This document shows, piece by piece, positions 60,917-64,000 of a DNA stretch of 64,000 bases; positions within the stretch are counted from its first letter, which is position 1, and every line of letters starts with the position of its first letter. Under the pieces are notes generated by a model. It was not told the DNA's origin. It ran no database searches and was given only the letters and a program-made list of their open reading frames with translations. A program made the translations under genes and the position numbers. The DNA comes from Syntrophales bacterium. GTDB taxonomy: Bacteria > Desulfobacterota > Syntrophia > Syntrophales > PHBD01. Where the stretch lies: the NCBI GenBank assembly GCA_963668175.1, contig OY764159.1, forward strand, positions 4,352,001-4,416,000, given 5' to 3'.

Positions 60917-61099
60917 CTACGGCCGCTTTCCCAACTCGACAACGAATTCCTCCGCATTATCGGAAGCATCCGGAATGCTGTCGATATATCCCTTCAGATC
61001 ATCCGCGGCCAGGGTCCTTTCACGCAGCATTTTTTCGATAATTCTCTTGTCCGTATCCCCTTCAAATGTGGCTTGTTCCAGTTGCTTTTTCTTGTTCAT
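60917..61099 (-). CDS. small hypothetical protein (60 aa)
   Basis: ATG 61099 after GAGGAAAGG; '[10 protein letters not shown]...[13 protein letters not shown]'; stop lies 12 nt before tatD. Confidence 0.65.
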   Translation of the reverse strand: MNKKKQLEQATFEGDTDKRIIEKMLRERTLAADDLKGYIDSIPDASDNAEEFVVELGKRP

Positions 61100-61362
61100 A
61101 CCTTTCCTCGCAAAACAATATCGCCTCAGCAAGGCGTTTTGACGTTTCATTTGCCGGCACAACCGGCGGCGGACGGCGGTCATGCCTTTGCCTTTCCGGG
61201 CCTGAACATAGATCAGAACTGGGGGATTCTGTCAACCATTTTTCAAAGCACCGAAGCGGAAACATATTGACATCCTTAGTTGAATCCGCTAATTCGCAGG
61301 TCATGTCAACAAACGGATTACCGGAAGGAAAAGCGGGCCACGGTCCGCCACGTGAGGAGCAC

Positions 61363-61848
61363 ATGGACAAACAACCCAAACAGATCATCATCTACACGGA
61401 CGGCGCATGCCTCGGCAATCCCGGACCCGGCGGTTTCGGCGTCATCCTCGCCTACGGGAAAGAGAAGAAAGAACTGTCAGGCGGGTACTCGCTGACGACC
61501 AACAACCGCATGGAACTAACGGCCGCTATTGTAGGTCTCGAGGCCTTGAAATCAAGATGTTCCGTTACGATCTGGACGGATTCACAGTACCTCGTGAATG
61601 CCATGAACAACGGATGGGCGAGAAAATGGAAGGCCAAGGGCTGGATGCGGACAAAATCGGAAAAAGCCCTTAACGCCGATCTGTGGGAGAGGCTGCTTGC
61701 CTTATGCGAACGTCATGATGTCCGTTTTCACTGGATTCGAGGCCACGCAGGCCATCCGGAGAATGAACGGTGCGACCGTCTGGCCACGGAAGCGGCCAAA
61801 GGTCGGGATCTGCCACGCGACGGGGGATACGAAACGCATAAAATGTAG
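61363..61848 (+). CDS. rnhA: ribonuclease HI
   Basis: '[14 protein letters not shown]', 'TTNNRMEL', 'TDSQY', 'NADLW', '[12 protein letters not shown]'. Confidence 0.98.
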   Translation: MDKQPKQIIIYTDGACLGNPGPGGFGVILAYGKEKKELSGGYSLTTNNRMELTAAIVGLEALKSRCSVTIWTDSQYLVNAMNNGWARKWKAKGWMRTKSEKALNADLWERLLALCERHDVRFHWIRGHAGHPENERCDRLATEAAKGRDLPRDGGYETHKM

Positions 61849-61875
61849 GATTTAAAAGAGATACCCGGGATCATC

Positions 61876-62265
61876 ATGGTATACCGACTGCTCGCCGACA
61901 TCCTGGTGATGATTCACGCGGCCTTCGTGCTGTACGCCCTTTTCGGAGGTCTCCTGGCACTCAGATGGCGATGGGCCGCAGGGCTTCATCTTCCGGCGGC
62001 GATTTGGGCGGCCGCGGTCGAATTTGCAGACGCAACCTGCCCCCTGACCGCGTGGGAGAATATGCTCCGAGCGCAGGCCCGCGCCTCCGTCTACCAAACC
62101 GGCTTCGTGGAACATTATATCCTGCCGATCCTTTATCCGGAGGCACTGAATGAAGACATTCAGCTCGTTCTCGGCGCCATTGTCCTTATCGTGAATGCAA
62201 GCATCTACGGTCTGGTCATCAAGCGATCATTTTTGAAAAGAATGAAGGGGCAGACGAATTTCTGA
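61876..62265 (+). CDS. DUF2784 family membrane protein
   Basis: 'LADILVMIH..FV', 'LHLPA..W', 'CPLTAWEN.LR', 'GFVEHY'. Confidence 0.9.
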   Translation: MVYRLLADILVMIHAAFVLYALFGGLLALRWRWAAGLHLPAAIWAAAVEFADATCPLTAWENMLRAQARASVYQTGFVEHYILPILYPEALNEDIQLVLGAIVLIVNASIYGLVIKRSFLKRMKGQTNF

Positions 62266-62334
62266 TGCTCCCGGCGTCGGAGATAAGCCTGCCTGCGTCA
62301 CGGCGCTTCGCTGCGCAAGCGGCACCGATATCGA

Positions 62335-63537
62335 TTAGTACCGAAATTCCCCGCCGTCGTAAATAATCTGCCGCTCCCCCGTTTTAAGAACGGCCGTCAC
62401 CGTCTTTTTTTCCGTATTGACCAGGTCCCAGTGCAGGGCGGAATCGTTAAAGCCGAGACGCCGGCGCAGATCTTTCGTCAATTCTTTCGGATTGCCGCTG
62501 TACGTATCGGAATAGGAAGATCCCACGGCGATATGGCAGTTGCCGTATCGGCCGCCGTGGTTTTCGTCGAAGAGGGTATCGGCCATGAAACGGTCGATGC
62601 GGGAAAAGCGGCGGTCCGTCAGGGAAAACTCGCCCAGGGCCTTTGCGCCCCGATCCATGGCGATCTGTTTCTTGGCAAACGCCTCTCCCGATTTCGCCGT
62701 CAATGTCCTCGCCACGCCTTTTTCAAAGGTAATCCGGATATCCTCCACGTAATTGCCGCTCCGGAAAGACGGCAGGTTCGCAAAATACGTCCCTTCCGTA
62801 CCTCTCCAGTCGGGTGAAAGGAACAATTCGAAGCTGGGGATGTTGTGCCCCGAAATCCCGATCCATCGCCTCTTTTCTCCCGGCGTGATCCGGAGATCGA
62901 TCGTCCCCGATTCTACGATGAATGCCTTGACGGGAAGGCCGTTCAGCCATTTCTTGATCTCGCCTACGACCTTGTAGATCCACTGCCAGCGCTCGACGGG
63001 GTTTTCTTCGTCGAGATAACAGGCCCGGATGATCTGTTCCGAATAACGTCTGAGACTCGACTTGGCCTGCCTGGCCAGTTCAGGGGTCGGAGCGGTACAG
63101 AGCGTCCAGCTGTAAACGCCCTGCTCTTCACGTCTGTCGAGGATATCCCGCAACGGTTTTCTGGCCACCAGAAACTTCCCGATCTTCGCCGGATCGATAT
63201 CCCGCAAATGCGTGATGGAATCGGGGGCCCGCAGAAAGATCCTTCCGTTGAGATGGGCCATCATCTCCTTCTCTCCGGGAGGAACAAAGAGCAGTTGCTG
63301 GCCCTTGGACCTTTCATAGAAGGTCTGTTCCATCGTGCAGGTCCAAACCGGCCGTTGAACGGGATTCATACCCATATCGATCAGTTTTGCATACAGGACC
63401 TCGGCAAGCTTTACCGCCGCCGTTTCATACTGAAGCAGAACGACGTCGCCCTTCCGAAAGCGTCCCTTTCTCGCTGTTTTCAGTCCCCAAAGGAGAACGT
63501 CCGCATAACGGTCCAACTGAATGTCCGTAAGTACCAT
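62335..63537 (-). CDS. aminopeptidase, M29 (thermophilic metalloprotease) family
   Basis: 'YADVL', 'NIPSFELF.SP', 'GEFSL', 'TLFDEN', 'HIAVG', 'NDSALHWD'. Confidence 0.9.
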   Translation of the reverse strand: MVLTDIQLDRYADVLLWGLKTARKGRFRKGDVVLLQYETAAVKLAEVLYAKLIDMGMNPVQRPVWTCTMEQTFYERSKGQQLLFVPPGEKEMMAHLNGRIFLRAPDSITHLRDIDPAKIGKFLVARKPLRDILDRREEQGVYSWTLCTAPTPELARQAKSSLRRYSEQIIRACYLDEENPVERWQWIYKVVGEIKKWLNGLPVKAFIVESGTIDLRITPGEKRRWIGISGHNIPSFELFLSPDWRGTEGTYFANLPSFRSGNYVEDIRITFEKGVARTLTAKSGEAFAKKQIAMDRGAKALGEFSLTDRRFSRIDRFMADTLFDENHGGRYGNCHIAVGSSYSDTYSGNPKELTKDLRRRLGFNDSALHWDLVNTEKKTVTAVLKTGERQIIYDGGEFRY

Positions 63538-63708
63538 ATCGACCACCTTTCCGTTCTGATGGATGACCTGTATATATGAACAGGGATGCGGATGCAAGCG
63601 GGACCTGCCGAGCTGCGGTGGAAACGCCGGCGACGACCGGTTTCGGCGGATTCGCTTCCCGAGCCGGAAGAATGGAATGGCCGGTGACGGAATCGACCGG
63701 GCCGGTCT

Positions 63709-64000
63709 CTACATCCTGAGGGAATCGACGATGTTCATGCGGGCGGCGCGGAAGGCGGGAAGTACGCCCCCGAGAAGGCCCATAACGAGGGCAAAAGTCA
63801 AAGAGGCGATGATGATACCGGTGCTTAAGGTAAAACTGAACGCCAATTCGGCAAAGGTTTGAAAATTGATGGTCGAGACGGTGATGAACTGCATGAACGA
63901 TGCGAAGAAAAGCCCGACGCAGCCTCCGGCAAATCCCAGCATCAGCGACTCTACGAGGAAAGCGATAAGGATGCTCCTCCTCTGAAATCCCAGAGCCCGC
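63709..64000 (-). CDS. ABC transporter permease (FtsX/MacB-like), 3' part; gene continues beyond the window
   Basis: Open frame to the window edge: 'RALGFQRRSILIAFLVESL...GG', C-terminal 'LPAFRAARMNIVDSLR'. Confidence 0.85.
   Translation of the reverse strand, partial: RALGFQRRSILIAFLVESLMLGFAGGCVGLFFASFMQFITVSTINFQTFAELAFSFTLSTGIIIASLTFALVMGLLGGVLPAFRAARMNIVDSLRM

Noticed and set aside
61066..61362. Apparent 99-aa N-terminal extension of RNase HI (similar extensions on cobS, amt, rpsF, mreB)
   Set aside because: Artefacts of longest-ORF calling; RBS-supported or overlap-coupled internal starts give canonical lengths.

Overview
A gene-dense bacterial chromosome window of mostly housekeeping genes. 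Gene content and order (rpsF-rpsR-yybS-rplI-dnaB, an atpF'FHAGDC operon without subunits a/c, mreBCD-mrdA-rodA-bactofilin, rpoH, bacterial cereblon) suggest an anaerobic Desulfobacterota/Syntrophales-like organism; this placement is inference. In order, the window holds: an HDOD protein, msrAB, an XRE-cupin-headed catabolic operon (hydroxyacyl dehydrogenase, Liv-type ABC transporter, SDR, BKACE), terC, a glycosyltransferase-like frame broken by an in-frame TGA, a class III CoA-transferase, tRNA-Thr(CGT), a CHASE2 adenylate cyclase / extended alanine racemase / transglutaminase cluster, a cobalamin riboswitch with cobC-cobU-cobT-cobS-cbiB, a beta-CASP nuclease, an orphan ParA with an AKP-rich partner, amt-glnK-glnD behind a sigma54 promoter, an HtrA protease, rpoH, ribosomal/replication genes, greA, ATP synthase, the rod-shape operon, a TPP riboswitch with thiN-thiD-thiC, tatD, rnhA and an M29 aminopeptidase. 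No CRISPR array, integrase or intact transposase was seen. The best candidates for undescribed biology are (1) the ParA plus small AKP-rich adaptor pair, a possible cargo/granule-positioning system; (2) an alanine racemase with a ~275-aa unrecognised C-terminal domain encoded directly behind an adenylate cyclase; (3) a phasin-like/HDOD fusion; and (4) a BKACE pathway of unknown substrate. All family calls come from motif recognition by eye; no database search was run.
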